Source: a virus (taxonomy: Duplodnaviria > Heunggongvirae > Uroviricota > Caudoviricetes). Taken from it: a stretch of 64,000 nt of DNA. The DNA is taken from IMG/VR virus record IMGVR_UViG_3300031867_000016, positions 27,293 to 91,292 of that record, one strand, 5' to 3'. Of the stretch, positions 15,401-22,755 are shown one piece after another. A model generated the notes under the pieces. That model searched no databases, was not told where the DNA came from, and saw only the letters and a list, made by a program, of their open reading frames with translations. The stretch's first letter is position 1; each line of letters opens with the position of its first letter. Both the position numbers and the translations under genes were made by a program.

Positions 15401-16026
15401 ATAGAGATCAGAGTGCAAAAGTAATGCAGTTGCATAAATCAAATGCGGCTGCAGAAGCTAAAGCAAATACAGCTGTTGGAAGTATTGTCAAAAAAACAAA
15501 GAAAGCAGCAAGTAATATAGCAAACTCTGCAGTTGGAAAAACTGTGACAAGCGCCGTACAGGGTGCTGCTTCAACAATTTCTTCAGCTGCATCAAAAGTA
15601 GCTAGTTCAATAGCGGATGCATTCAAAAAAATACTGCCATTTGATACTGGCGGATACACTGGAGATCAGGAAGGCATTGCTTACATTCACAAAAAAGAAC
15701 GCATTCTGAATCCGCAGCAGACTGAGTCTTTTGAAAAGCTGTCTCAAATTGCTGACAGTATGAACAGAACAAATATGCTTAGTAATCTGTTGAACAGAAT
15801 GGACAGCTTCTCAAGCTCCGTATCTATTCCAAAGATCATTCCAGACTTTTCACCTGCTGACTTCAAGCAGTCTACTACAACTACCATTGGTGACATTATC
15901 ATTACACTCAACGAGGCAAGACTTGAAAACGATGCTGACTACGAAATGGTTGCACAGCGTGTTGGAGAGAACTTTGTCAAAGAACTTACAAAGCAAGGAC
16001 TTGGAGTCTCTGTTTTTGGTTTTTAA
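457..16026 (+). CDS. tail tape-measure protein, ~5190 aa
   Basis: Giant ORF. The ORF track begins at GTG 448; the ATG at 457 is preceded by GGAG. A TP901/PhageMin_Tail-type tape-measure core lies at about aa 2700-3050 (…AVAKQFG…QMVTLKSDSE…ALYRQGLG…VISALGDSAATT…MQTFMSRFARIG…SQISYAFGGTRQYSN…). It is followed by a hydrophobic GGxxG segment (LSILAIPIISLLIGGVPGLVAGGLAAAGL). The rest is mostly coiled-coil/charged sequence with Gly-only linkers (G11 at ~nt 13960-14000; GGGGGSGG at ~15240). The gene lies between a chaperone-like gene and a Dit-like gene. Confidence 0.85.
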   Translation: MSEMKKTIGLEIDATLKGGELDTKLEQMFQSVQRAREGIQGMRDDLAEMPMLGDMLNAKLQTTGSLAETMERKITSLRESQDKMDDDTRAQAVENLNNTYREFSTLREMQNDASQTYGIGYAKQFAANLSKDLSGAFDRIMPQVVNMIRTKMNSGRDIDASYANAHTIEGIQIAMSKDKGLLNLLRNGLPTEAFTNGKVMDQFFGIAASQAADYHRLNAFTQKMFGVNASRVEKRSVIRSTPAEYIPESFKPSFESRGYVGKEKFRSSDKVISNDIRSQIVEALNNNPVLLKAANDAKLIQKDAQYGNQHLIENITDSQMDEFRRQAYRQLEIRGRGTGKYELARGIYSGEASDDKGPSEQLQSTIANRFQTGTTRQAVEGLVFLDRLGDKDENYVTATRGGHGQGSIIRPQRQLLDMYQIGRATPFVGGKPSIGRYDYVSVNESDITRILGLDKRGDRSKAYREMSTISLNGYDPKNKEHVDLMKRIYENGIWVDQNTGAWRLDRPMTDDGQYDSNYVQHKFHAAHRGEDGAVLRMLNADMMEQIAKTTGERAKELGLSGNFLNMYSANDAKEFGQMLEDGTYLANDASKYFDAINKMYSPSRKIENNLTGKNVAVVDFAANGFKYADGVGWVSSDYLSHAIQARGASGFKGQLMPFQGGTIRDYLVKTGLASTQMLNENGEYVEDPTGKLHYYMKSINGTDMIDVMDAQILTDASLWKNAARQFKYQDENGNWQWHSGEKINQLASKLIGEVGLSEMVDLDRESGAASLGTQLTSYLTLNPMMRKLQTEGLKKRLAELDTYEGMKKYVFSNPEADEMSAVLQDPANEWLLNTKAYRDRVDLYRQSLIHDVSTHKFVDFDNGSDYYGYIADELFGQDWRNGKTDLNKAQSVLNRWRESGYHYERDLRESGISGVPELFDMIDKNANGEKVDPAAYLGQLAQNINGQNGSGSFTNVTNSVGLFSALLQNKGEIPAAIMDTARKALNEKYGEGQYSDEDIKDILLLRKKKYTDENGKERELSNVIDFGTDERHVAYARSPSAFGAFIHGVNRAEEMRVIQNAMLANGTSNPLFNELFSAGGDPFLRQSGVYLGQDDWKDLSGADADGDRIKRITGVYAQMIQASRERADDLEEFANQVLPGEAKRIGELKLADLKTLDKIPNNVQAFLNDIERLSSEGREMGLANATALNPMQMSLDDFTANGAKFVLSAKYGNKIYDEYASTFRKNPKNPIIHGDEWYRAQTLGQNFDAYLSHEDRLFQFNDDQKDTVEKYRDNIKALRSGNFSDKTKEAIEEEQKALKSEFDKLGIFESSYGELINLKQFEGPDGRTWGMNINMPSVNMDGHISGIAAAQTAYRMGRVDLSKAESVSEAIAYMIEHSPKYAEATDEVKDYHQAYLQMFPQFSSGARGRVSEAELADLQSKRLAAQASIRNMVTARKQKDMAENGLDKYSAVFSDGTNIADYEKELLKKYHVSDNGIDVVSNLGLFGFTSRNLRESLNDQGYSFFFNDPNTRLVKRNQTMMQQMQEAEQVREDELSERERIIQEGLNSFEADANGKQDTQAAAKANQEANNAEAKASQAEIDAANARKDAAEARTAAANSVQSEAQAQQAQVQKSQAKQKHALDYAEYTVTRTMQWMKTDTVDDRNHPAISLDNVYHVDKDGKATKGDLAISMKPYEGNTMAEGRLHQARTEKAGHSESGADAIIGSLISHVMDDLGANHAKNGKGIAINNIRSQATTSMKKFYADHENEIKALGITFDNDDLFSNTGLSHFHYSGTDDRLGKKIGMLSADNMASYFVDDILGIKAIKTKNDEARRIVSTEGKIYGKRGKVLNESTMVAGPSGGEKEIAYTLPGIKNSKGEDVVTRFAPDYVVQNKEDKLIIGDHKSSDSGTKKGLLQTLIYASWLDDLAEQYHRSYNATTKTYERKDLEAYGQFGSIDGNGKYVTNIAGVETRDFFSRAGYMRRYSPEDRTRFKTLIRDAQDSKYLEALDDYAAYGLQSIPEPTAENNPTVAKMSDRQRNALMQQYQMLSQRYAGYEDFARSFHSGMMQEVYRDREGTYADNYFSQKTGMRNAVVRQSEELQKAYQNFLDQSGMKDDSGLLGKLNQDILDANEAFSAGTRAWSENRSIKLLENAENFSLRKTDPFYKQREEIDKQRNNVTEMESAIDNFILSRINRSNYVTDENGKVIGINENGNTVNIRDAKLVSQEDTDTVSSMKTRLESLKTTADENIQLINDQIERDVDKQIADMQEASDSVTKTHQTSGQQRKNYWDKRKRKLNDSVKDMTLARDAIDKMLEDTETYKEDDPKRKQLERLRDQYNKSIGQESEYLNNGGFDKDRQDDLEAQRISRFNKLRHYFSGTRESAVAQMVSTGMLAMKDLDNRGDTFNVGNQFYQGMTRMLDESIGTERTKYANFVDDLSRAGNMSAEERINRNYQNKRIQSLASIRQMQQEAIDLDRMLDTGKDLEGREIFSPDDNSATTQGIKDRIKEYRDFLKDVSKQAQEALDKTLPDQKDRDVARALEDIKAQNEMQADRYQYGANQIQRSEAARRRQLDMHLSGSHSVFRQELEWRRSQYDNATSRRESYSLRQKQLDAERTKLQRQLDDDNANGKKLSAEKRTGIENQLNAATAEYNALGDAIDRAKQEQEEFGASGQEAAAALTVIGTKISAVAKQFGARIWRKAIQETMQFVQQYDAAMTEIQMVTLKSDSEIANIGKGLINSAVEMKAPIADVTSAATALYRQGLGDEEVQTRLEDVIKFSTTAGVKAADAVKLITVSLSSGLVESSTEAMDVISALGDSAATTAAEITKGLQKSVYAAKDVGVTYQELVSMLTAITAGTQLGGNVAGTAMQTFMSRFARIGTNEITYDEDGNEISGSNLATALRAVGIETYKNGSRRDFTEVLRELSSQWGSLSDARRSQISYAFGGTRQYSNLNALLTAFGEKDENGQTAIDKYLDITGKSAGVTDEKYTHYTESLAASVTNLKNSFDGLIESLTNTGVLTGFLDFISSAIQGATQLSESLGSLGGVISSLSILAIPIISLLIGGVPGLVAGGLAAAGLSTIYASINAANNKPSLSNYAAAKSKVSSEQTLIDEKVQRAKELNGLRDKDGNLSEENNIQLKKTLAELSDMGALSLDASTSIESLASSAANTAKALDSVSASSKTLSDKQKQELWNGLVADIKNDKDKFSEIQQETIISDEEKTKAREAINSFSPEKGLAALSIMKDITPVIGAIDWTGFGNVVQKVGSNEYTTVSQMSNDEIARAFTQYLRYHRSPNEKERLSVEQYAGIYDKISGVIGGAKTDTKDEVKFGDYYKDKISAAVKDMLTGSLEDDEIQQVVGAIVKDLNEGKSIDDVNVLDYASSVIRNAGKKTSSTNLKAIADLTYSMSEEGKKKTQGQRFDRLYKALAISGAPVQTWLNSMKLDANSALFNSYMSDPNVAKAFSEMVDESGNYNGNQKAYQNFLNTIAAASNYYGSSVYTSNKQMSSNAFGAFTKRRRGINVSELGPEYSESEMKTILGDELFSEFVSGNWAHAGEMRRRIEAYGVGLPAYTDYQNATAATRVLNNGAADFSNTRLQEIYQTIPELQEYLAVQGYSEQKRSNLGYSDNWLENQRSIIEKRINEIETSSKILESAYSDISTNVANGFSMTAYAPDALSTYGDLISQYDNFAETQRSLNRLKSNSYNEEDLQRLASQTGVNIRASNASNESIKKNVEAAFNVQLDNYVNGITEGLETLIPQSALDTLTEGMNADDIVSALQDAGVKLNDWAINAIKDLGLVFQNGKFVPNADGLTDAFGDAIKGMLEGVSNSNTASSTALNAVKQAVLMGGGVAGYKDYLNTNYKNVDISALSSNAQNILGMYENGLSSANTSTLLEYESSPYRTKGSDYYKAYLDFYNANKNNDDMLNSTYMQNAQSILSSLDGWQEYVDTGNMDKLNAAIELAGSNKYTDAYSQFATYLTQFYGTQSQQNELMTSMFARGKSLRYNNYLSNMLEGGASGDAFFGEVASALGGSWTADLVKENKGEAKKQLDNMKDTSKEAINTLISSVIGEIAELKGVKLDIDTENIVEILRNTGNELASKLANYIEAMGNVDIGAPEKTLGNIAQETRDRAMQGSNYYKYGLASELHKAGISIYDETGVGKFITDNPEYSKDAVESLLGDSDFVHITDAASRGVISGEMYDKYLSTMQSGHGNMNDVYMNALDHIFGVGEQGTFLRNFESASPKEAMSMINELQVPDYSWIMDWINSLNGGKDALDNIAAGGEQAAEGIKQLTAAMKLDAAEAGSAKNELVEITNIINDLKKGGQDAGKAVGQLSKKVNDAYDKVLASGKIRGKSGKEVDKTTRGIIGEFLGVSDDKQIQKMTKEQMNHVADLMEASGKDAIDNGFVKTFEDELMSALNSLDPGSKQYELVNSILLKAVADGQIDTSELEQVIAALQNDVLSTMYAAAGPIGSLMLSIFASTNSITAALQAGGRLGSALLSGAKANVKLNTGKNAKYQSHGGGGGGGGGGKEESAAQKLVKRVNKGDELFEYQRKMIQYNQTRYENRGELQRYGAELQNEIDLEKAYLPVLKQNIDAMMTQLKSTSKGSEDWYTLREAIFKVREEYSDITNTIEENTKKLKENEDAIRQTRTNLEDMVKGVIEERIQKQRDMLAGTVDIQGLILDAIKQRYQDEWDLIKKDIEKKKEALEQEKSLIDERLNKRKSAADEAKKYEELAEMKDQLSRISMDSTRTKDAAALRERISELEQEIGWDIADKQAEAEKQGIDDQIKAYDEQISEGDEDLAAFLEDANNFSEEITKILEMNHDDLFAWLRNNVDEFKDSLDEAQQQMIDSWNDTYKQMYGITDTYWDEIDAILKSKDTFIAEMMNSEEYKNASDTEKESLLYKYDQDWESYYNAYFKKPGDVWGWSSDQFGDWSGSEYAGAGGGGGSGGAASSGGGPGNKKPEDELLYYAVDERGNLISYGYKTKAEAQAIANRDQSAKVMQLHKSNAAAEAKANTAVGSIVKKTKKAASNIANSAVGKTVTSAVQGAASTISSAASKVASSIADAFKKILPFDTGGYTGDQEGIAYIHKKERILNPQQTESFEKLSQIADSMNRTNMLSNLLNRMDSFSSSVSIPKIIPDFSPADFKQSTTTTIGDIIITLNEARLENDADYEMVAQRVGENFVKELTKQGLGVSVFGF

Positions 16027-16032
16027 TTTACA

Positions 16033-16072
16033 GCCACGTGGGCCGCTTTCAGCGCGGCCCACGTGCTTTTAT
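16033..16072 (+). terminator. rho-independent terminator after the TMP gene
   Basis: 12-bp GC-rich stem ccacgtgggccgc / gcggcccacgtg with loop tttcag, then cttttat. Confidence 0.6.
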
Positions 16073-16086
16073 AAGGCGGTGACTTT

Positions 16087-17154
16087 ATGCAAGGTGGCTT
16101 TAGCTTTTGCGGTGTTGACATTGCAGAGTTTGGCATGGAATATGTGCCGCCATTGCAGTCAACATATGTATTTGGTAACGGTGGCTACCAGATAAACGAA
16201 CAGACCTATGAAGGCCATCACGGCGGCTATTACTATGGAGCAACAGTGCCGCCAAAAACTTTCAGCTTGCGATGTATGTTTGAAGACAGCGAAATAATAC
16301 GCGGTAATTTGACTCGCCTCGAAGGCTTCTTTAATATCGGAAGAACTGGAAGACTCATATTCGACAATAGAGACTGGCTTTACTATACCGCAACTGTTGT
16401 TTCGGTATCAAAGCCAGAGCTTACTAACAGAAGAAACGGTTTCGTAACGATAGGGTTTAAGGCATATTATCCGTTTGGCAGATGCGACAAAATGTATCTG
16501 ACTCATGACGGTATGTATGATTACTGGTTAGCGGATAACAGCGGCATTATGGAAGAGGATCTGACCCCTGTGATGTCGTTTGCAAATGTTACAAAGGAAC
16601 AGAATATTCTTCTGTATAATGGCGGCACAGCGCCAGCTTCAGTGGCTGTCGCTGTTGCCGGCAATGCTGGTGAAGGCATTACAATTACCAACAACACCAA
16701 CAAAACAAAGATGAAGCTTATCGCATTTGACCGTTCAGTTACGACTGATAAAAACGGTACAGTTATATGCGATGGACTCAGTCATAAGACTATATTAAAA
16801 AATGATGATAAGACAGAAATGAAGTTTATATATCATGACTACGGCTTCATTACTCTCGAACCATCATGTCCAATACGAAGAGATGTATACATAGATACCA
16901 AGCTGAATTCAGCTGAGGTGTACGGCTTTAACCTGTTTAATCCAAGTATGGTTGGCTACTATATACATCTCGAAGGTGAATGGAAAAAGATTAAGGCTAT
17001 CAAAGACAACAGCACTGCTGTTTTGGAAAAACCTCTGCAGCTTACAGACTCTGTAGTTACAAACATCGTAAAGATGAATGAGATAACTATAAGCCCTGAT
17101 GTAGGCTGCGAGCTTGATAAACTTGAATTTATATATAAGCCTACGTTCATATAA
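16087..17154 (+). CDS. distal tail protein (Dit, siphovirus tail-family protein)
   Basis: 355 aa. The N-terminus (FSFCGVDIAEFGMEYV…) fits the Sipho_tail/Dit pattern. It lies immediately downstream of the TMP. RBS is aaggcgg. Confidence 0.6.
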   Translation: MQGGFSFCGVDIAEFGMEYVPPLQSTYVFGNGGYQINEQTYEGHHGGYYYGATVPPKTFSLRCMFEDSEIIRGNLTRLEGFFNIGRTGRLIFDNRDWLYYTATVVSVSKPELTNRRNGFVTIGFKAYYPFGRCDKMYLTHDGMYDYWLADNSGIMEEDLTPVMSFANVTKEQNILLYNGGTAPASVAVAVAGNAGEGITITNNTNKTKMKLIAFDRSVTTDKNGTVICDGLSHKTILKNDDKTEMKFIYHDYGFITLEPSCPIRRDVYIDTKLNSAEVYGFNLFNPSMVGYYIHLEGEWKKIKAIKDNSTAVLEKPLQLTDSVVTNIVKMNEITISPDVGCELDKLEFIYKPTFI

Positions 17155-17175
17155 GGCGACCAAAGGAGGAACGTT

Positions 17176-20100
17176 ATGGCTCTCAGCAGAGTATTGCATT
17201 TAAACCTATATGACTATTCGGGCAATAAGCTTTGCCCACTATATGACAGTTATTCTTCTGCTCCCGGCGACGCCGTTAACGTCATCATCCAGGATGAACG
17301 TAACGGCTGGCGGGAGCTTTATTTTGATCTTCCTACCGTTGTTCAAACGCAATATGGAACGATAGATAATTTCAGAATTGATTTCCTGAAAGCAGAATAT
17401 CTTATTGAAGCAATTGAAGAAAAGGGTACTGACTGGTTCTTTATCTCTCAGCCTAAAATTGTACACAATGCTTTTTCAAAGACACTGTCCGTTACATCTC
17501 CTCACATTTCTCAGTGGCTCAAGTATAAAAACCTTGGGCTGGAATTCTCTGACAATGAAGGTAACAATGTTGGAACAGCTAAAGAACTTCTTACTACTAT
17601 TCTTGAAGGCACAGGCTGGGAAGTTGGAGAGGTGTATAACTTCGCCGAGAAAGACGGTTCTACAAAATACAGATCTCTTAAAGCTTCATCCAAGACAGGT
17701 GCATTCAAACTTATCACAACGATGTGCGAACTCTTTGATGCAAGACCTGTATTCCATGGCGATACAAGAAAGGTAGACATCGTTCCGCTCAACCCGTTCT
17801 CTGAAGCAGAGCCTGGAGAAATTCAGAAGTATGCAGAAAAGAATGGAGTGCTGGAACTTCATTACGGATCGGCTCTCAAGAATATTACGCGTCTTGTCAA
17901 TACAGAAAACATAGTGACAAAACTCTATGCCTACGGAGCATACGGTGACAAAACATCAGGCTACTGTGCCATAGATGAATGTACTCACAATGAGTACACT
18001 TTTACTACAAATTCCGCGCTTGAATCTGGACATGAGTATTTCTTCGAGGTTAATGATACAGCTGGCAAACCAGTGAATTATTCCTTCACAGTTACAGAGA
18101 ATTTGGAAGCTGGAACAGTATTTATCTTCTCGCAGCTGGATCCGTGTTCCATGTCGTACATCTGGAGAGATACAGTTCTCGAAGGAGAGGGGCATGGCAA
18201 GGCTTACTTCGTTAAGAAAGGTAAGTCAGGCGAAGCTCTTGATGTAGAGATAACATCTGAACCCGAAGTACCGAACTGGTTTGGTTTTCTTCTGGACTTT
18301 GATTACTACATCGAAGTCGGTCTGTTCAGTGATGACATGCTGCAGAAGGTGGCTCTCTATCAGAGAGAGGCACCGCAGTATTACAAAGCAATATCTGAAG
18401 CATCCAAGACAATGTCTGACGCTGTGACTGAACTCAGCAAGACAGCCGGCGTATTTCCATACGCACGTCTTGCTGTCAAGAGAAAAGAACCTCTTCTTGG
18501 TGACGGCTATCTGACTCTTGTTCTGGACTATGAGAATTATGATCAGGGTGTATTGTATCGCTCTGACTTTGATGCCAATGTTGATACACGTTTCAAATGG
18601 ATTGTCACAGATGAACTTATGCCGAATGGTGATCCAGTGAATTCTGGCTGCTCAAGACTTTACATTGTTCATCCTGCTGACACAGGCAAGCCTATGACAT
18701 GGGATGTTCTCTGTCTCAAGAAAGTCATGGACGATCTTGTGAATCCGAAAGCTATTACACTGTGGGCTGACAAGGATGAGATAGAGATAGATGTAAGCAG
18801 AGATAAATTTTATCTCATGCAGAGTCTCAGCACAGCTGGTTATCTCGGCTACCTCGAAGCAAGAGACGAAGCAATTATGCAGGCTCTTGAAGACACAACA
18901 ACGATTGCAACCAATACGCATGAGGTTGTCTTCACAGACAAGAGTCCAAACAGCATTACTCCGCCAGTATCTGGCTCCAATGATGATCTGCCTTTTCCTT
19001 CTCCAAGAACAAATTCATATGGCTGGCTGTGGAGATACTATCCTATAAAGAATGAGGAAGGGAAATACCGCGAGTCAGACTTCTACTTCTGCAACACATC
19101 TTATGATGGCAACGAATGGAAGAAGGTTCACTTCTCCGATACAATGCCAGAAGATGCAAGCATCCAGTACTGGTACAACTGGAGAAAGAATACATTATCC
19201 AGAGCAGAGTTCAATACAGAAACTCAGGATCTCAACTGGAACATACTTACTGGGTACACAGACGAAAAGATCGCAAGCTACTTTGGTACAGTGTATTACT
19301 TTGGCAAAGCAAGAGACCGTGTATATCAGGGAGTAAACCGCAAGCAGATCTATGAGCTTGATGTAAACGAAACTCTGCCTGCCGGCAATTATTATTTTGA
19401 AGATGGTTATGGCAGCTATTGGGTATTCACAATTAAAGCTCCGTTGACTGGTCCAAATGCTTCCTTATCGTATGACGCATACGATAACTGGCTTACAATT
19501 AACAGAGATGGGATTACAGAATCTATCAAAGGCAAATCATACAGATTCGATTCGGTGAAGTATCATCCAGACAACATCATCAAGTCTCTTGCAAATACAC
19601 AGGGTTATATCAGCGAGAAGAACGGTGACATCGAAACCAGCTATAACATAACCAAGTATGAAAACTGCTGCTACACAAACGGCTTTACTCAGGTGTATCC
19701 AGATACAAAATACACGCTGTCCGAAGTTCCAAGCAATTCCTATATTCATTTCTACAATGACAAGAAGAGATGGATAGGCATGAAGCAGATAACAGACAAT
19801 ACGTTTGAGACTTCTGCTGACTGCTTCTATATCAGATTCAGTGCTGTGATCTACAAGAATTCTGAAGATCAAACTTCTTTGTTCAACTTGGACAATCTAG
19901 TTATAACCGTGACTCAGCCATTCGGTTCGTATATCGGAACATACGATAACACAATTGTTATCAGTGATATGACATATCTGAAGCTCAATGTGAATAAACA
20001 TGAAGGCGAAGTTATTGGTCTTATTGACGCAATGGAAAAATTCACAACTGGTTCAGATCATGTGTATCAGGAATTATATGTACAACTAAAGGAAGCACAG

Positions 20101-22740
20101 GATGCTGTCAAGGATCTTGAAAACAGAATGACATCTTCAGTTGGGGATATCTACAGGGAAGGCTACTGGCAGGATGCAAGTTATGTTGACGGTGATGAGA
20201 AGAGACTGTATGACGATGCAATTGAAAACATCGAAGAGATCTCAAAGCCAGACATAACATACAGCATAGGTTTCCTTGATCCATATTCTTCCAACGAAGA
20301 GAACATGGATTACGGTGCATCGGAAGAAAGTATTAAAGTTCCGTACACAGATGTAGATATTTCAACTGCTGTGCATCTGGTAGATCCAGAACTCAACATC
20401 AACTGCTGGGCTTATATTGACAAGCTTAGAAAATGTTACGACAAACCATGGCAGGATACTATTGAAGTCAATACAAAGCTTTCCACCATTGGTCAGCACA
20501 GCTTCACTGATGTCATGGCAAATATTGCCGATGTTGCCAGCGAAATGAAAGGCAAGAGCAGCAAGTACGATAACGCTGCAAACAAAGCTATTGCCGGTGT
20601 TGCTGTCAACATTGTCTCTCCGAACATCTCAGTAACTGAGCAATCCTTATCGTCCATCTATCAGCGCATTGAAAACATCGACAACAAAATTATTACCCAT
20701 GAAACCAGCATTACTCAGAATGCTGATGAGATAAGCAGTGAAGCAAGACGATCCATTGAATCAGAAGCTGAACTGTCTACGAAAATTACTCAGACAGCTG
20801 ATGATATCAAGACTGAACTCTTCGGTGTAAACGGTGATGGCAAGATCATACAGAGTTCTGAGGAATTCTCTTCGGTTTATCAGAACAACTACAACTATAA
20901 AGTTAATAAAGATCTGATTGAAACTGCACAGGACTTAAATGAAAAGAGAGTCGCATCAATACTTAATGATGCAAAGACAATCAATGATAAGAGAATTTAT
21001 AAATTAAAAGACAGAGCTATAGAGCTTAACCTTTCGAGAGATGAAGAAGGTAAGTTGTCTGAGAAAGACTCTAAAGAGTTAATTGATATTCTCAACCAGT
21101 TCAATGCATTCGGCCTTATTGACAGCGCTCTCTTGACTATTCAGGTTCCTGTTGTAGTAGAAGAACCGGGTACAGATGAGACTGGGGAATCTGGCAGCGG
21201 AGAAGGTACAGGCACTGGCGATAATCCTGGCGACGAAGAACCTGTTCCAGAAGAACCTGAACCTGTTCCTGAAGATCCAGATCCGTCAGGAGGATCTGAT
21301 GAACCAGATCCGAGTGAGGACGATCCAGCACCAATCGAAATCAGACAGCTTAACATTGAAGAAGCAGTCGAGTACAAAGACGTAGTTGCTGCAGTGCTTG
21401 ACAGTATAGACGAGAATGTATGGCTCGACGTTAGTGACGAAGGATTGCTTATTGCACGTCTTGAACAGCTTAAAACTGCAGGACTGATAGACGAAAGCGT
21501 TGATCTTACACAGCTTGTTAAGGTAATGAACGATGTTACCAATGCTATCAAAGATATAAGCAATGATGCTTTCGAAGATCCGCTTAAACGAGCAGAGCTT
21601 ATCGATACATTAACACAGCTTAAAGATGCAAAGGTTATCAGCGACGAAGTAGTTATCGAGGATATTGTTGATAGCAAAGAAGCTGTTGTGTCAGTTTTGA
21701 ATAAGATCCCTGTTTCTGAATACGAATATTTGATGAGCTCAATGAAGCAGACAATGTATGGCTTGTACTTGAACATCTATGGAACTGATGCTGAAGGTCA
21801 TATCATCACAACAGCTGACGAATTCAGATCTGTTTTCGAATCTGCAGACAGAGACCAGCGAACTAAAATGACGCAGACTATCTATGGTATGACAAACATT
21901 GTTGAGTCGAGTAACGGTATGACAATGATTGATCAGGACGACAGGTCTATTTCTGCTATTGTCAGAGGTATAAACTCCGATCCAAATGGTAAAAACAACT
22001 TCAATACTAGTGCAATCAGCATAAGCGATAAATCAATAAGCGTTTCAAGTACTGGAGAAATAAATATATCCGCAGGCGGAGCGTTCACTGTTGATACTGA
22101 AAACTTTGACTTAACAAAGGATGGCAGGCTTACTACGAACGAAGCTGTTCTTACCAATGCAAAGATTTATGGCGATATCTATAAGAATGGTTTCCCTGTA
22201 ATTGCGCTTGGAGAAGATATTATTGTTTCGCAGACACAGCCAGAAGGTGTGTATGGTCGAATCTGGATTAAACCAAATCCAAATTCTGGTTCTGGATCTG
22301 GTAGCGGATCTGGCAGCGGAACAGACACAACAAAGACTGGTACGGTAAAGTATACTGGTTCTTATTCCTTTGGTATAAGATCTTATGACAATCTTAATAC
22401 TCTTAACGTAACTCTTTCCGGTACAGGCTTCGCTTCTAATTCAACTAACTGTACATACAATGTAAGGTTTGACTTCTTTATGCCTTCGTCGGAAGGAAAG
22501 AAAACTCCAGGTGGCGGTAAACTTATTGTTACATTGGCTGGTGCCATCTCTGAAGAAACTGAACTGTATACTGGCGCTGGAAGTAAGAGTGTCAATCTTA
22601 CATTCAATTCTTCAAAATGGATTGGCACAGGCAGCACTATGAATTTCAGAGTAAGTGTATCTGGTGTTCGTGGTTATAACTGTACGTTCCTGAATAATGC
22701 ATTCTCTTCCAACATTACTGTCACATGTACCGCTAAATAA
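17176..22740 (+). CDS. tail-tip protein (Tal, prophage-tail N-terminal domain) with long C-terminal extension
   Basis: 1854 aa. The N-terminus (LYDYSGNKLCPLYDS…) resembles the Tal/prophage endopeptidase tail N-domain. Strong RBS aaaggagga. The C-terminal part has an acidic Pro/Glu linker (EEPVPEEPEPVPEDPDPS) and a (GS)n linker. Confidence 0.65.
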   Translation: MALSRVLHLNLYDYSGNKLCPLYDSYSSAPGDAVNVIIQDERNGWRELYFDLPTVVQTQYGTIDNFRIDFLKAEYLIEAIEEKGTDWFFISQPKIVHNAFSKTLSVTSPHISQWLKYKNLGLEFSDNEGNNVGTAKELLTTILEGTGWEVGEVYNFAEKDGSTKYRSLKASSKTGAFKLITTMCELFDARPVFHGDTRKVDIVPLNPFSEAEPGEIQKYAEKNGVLELHYGSALKNITRLVNTENIVTKLYAYGAYGDKTSGYCAIDECTHNEYTFTTNSALESGHEYFFEVNDTAGKPVNYSFTVTENLEAGTVFIFSQLDPCSMSYIWRDTVLEGEGHGKAYFVKKGKSGEALDVEITSEPEVPNWFGFLLDFDYYIEVGLFSDDMLQKVALYQREAPQYYKAISEASKTMSDAVTELSKTAGVFPYARLAVKRKEPLLGDGYLTLVLDYENYDQGVLYRSDFDANVDTRFKWIVTDELMPNGDPVNSGCSRLYIVHPADTGKPMTWDVLCLKKVMDDLVNPKAITLWADKDEIEIDVSRDKFYLMQSLSTAGYLGYLEARDEAIMQALEDTTTIATNTHEVVFTDKSPNSITPPVSGSNDDLPFPSPRTNSYGWLWRYYPIKNEEGKYRESDFYFCNTSYDGNEWKKVHFSDTMPEDASIQYWYNWRKNTLSRAEFNTETQDLNWNILTGYTDEKIASYFGTVYYFGKARDRVYQGVNRKQIYELDVNETLPAGNYYFEDGYGSYWVFTIKAPLTGPNASLSYDAYDNWLTINRDGITESIKGKSYRFDSVKYHPDNIIKSLANTQGYISEKNGDIETSYNITKYENCCYTNGFTQVYPDTKYTLSEVPSNSYIHFYNDKKRWIGMKQITDNTFETSADCFYIRFSAVIYKNSEDQTSLFNLDNLVITVTQPFGSYIGTYDNTIVISDMTYLKLNVNKHEGEVIGLIDAMEKFTTGSDHVYQELYVQLKEAQDAVKDLENRMTSSVGDIYREGYWQDASYVDGDEKRLYDDAIENIEEISKPDITYSIGFLDPYSSNEENMDYGASEESIKVPYTDVDISTAVHLVDPELNINCWAYIDKLRKCYDKPWQDTIEVNTKLSTIGQHSFTDVMANIADVASEMKGKSSKYDNAANKAIAGVAVNIVSPNISVTEQSLSSIYQRIENIDNKIITHETSITQNADEISSEARRSIESEAELSTKITQTADDIKTELFGVNGDGKIIQSSEEFSSVYQNNYNYKVNKDLIETAQDLNEKRVASILNDAKTINDKRIYKLKDRAIELNLSRDEEGKLSEKDSKELIDILNQFNAFGLIDSALLTIQVPVVVEEPGTDETGESGSGEGTGTGDNPGDEEPVPEEPEPVPEDPDPSGGSDEPDPSEDDPAPIEIRQLNIEEAVEYKDVVAAVLDSIDENVWLDVSDEGLLIARLEQLKTAGLIDESVDLTQLVKVMNDVTNAIKDISNDAFEDPLKRAELIDTLTQLKDAKVISDEVVIEDIVDSKEAVVSVLNKIPVSEYEYLMSSMKQTMYGLYLNIYGTDAEGHIITTADEFRSVFESADRDQRTKMTQTIYGMTNIVESSNGMTMIDQDDRSISAIVRGINSDPNGKNNFNTSAISISDKSISVSSTGEINISAGGAFTVDTENFDLTKDGRLTTNEAVLTNAKIYGDIYKNGFPVIALGEDIIVSQTQPEGVYGRIWIKPNPNSGSGSGSGSGSGTDTTKTGTVKYTGSYSFGIRSYDNLNTLNVTLSGTGFASNSTNCTYNVRFDFFMPSSEGKKTPGGGKLIVTLAGAISEETELYTGAGSKSVNLTFNSSKWIGTGSTMNFRVSVSGVRGYNCTFLNNAFSSNITVTCTAK

Positions 22741-22755
22741 TAGAGGTGTTTTATT

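Noticed and set aside
455-15700. Numerous 60-175-aa ORFs on the minus strand (and alternate + frames) inside the TMP gene, e.g. 8857..9378 and 14686..15210
   Set aside because: They are antisense or out of frame with respect to a continuous 15.6-kb coding frame that has clear protein signatures. They are low-complexity and have no RBS, so they are frame shadows.
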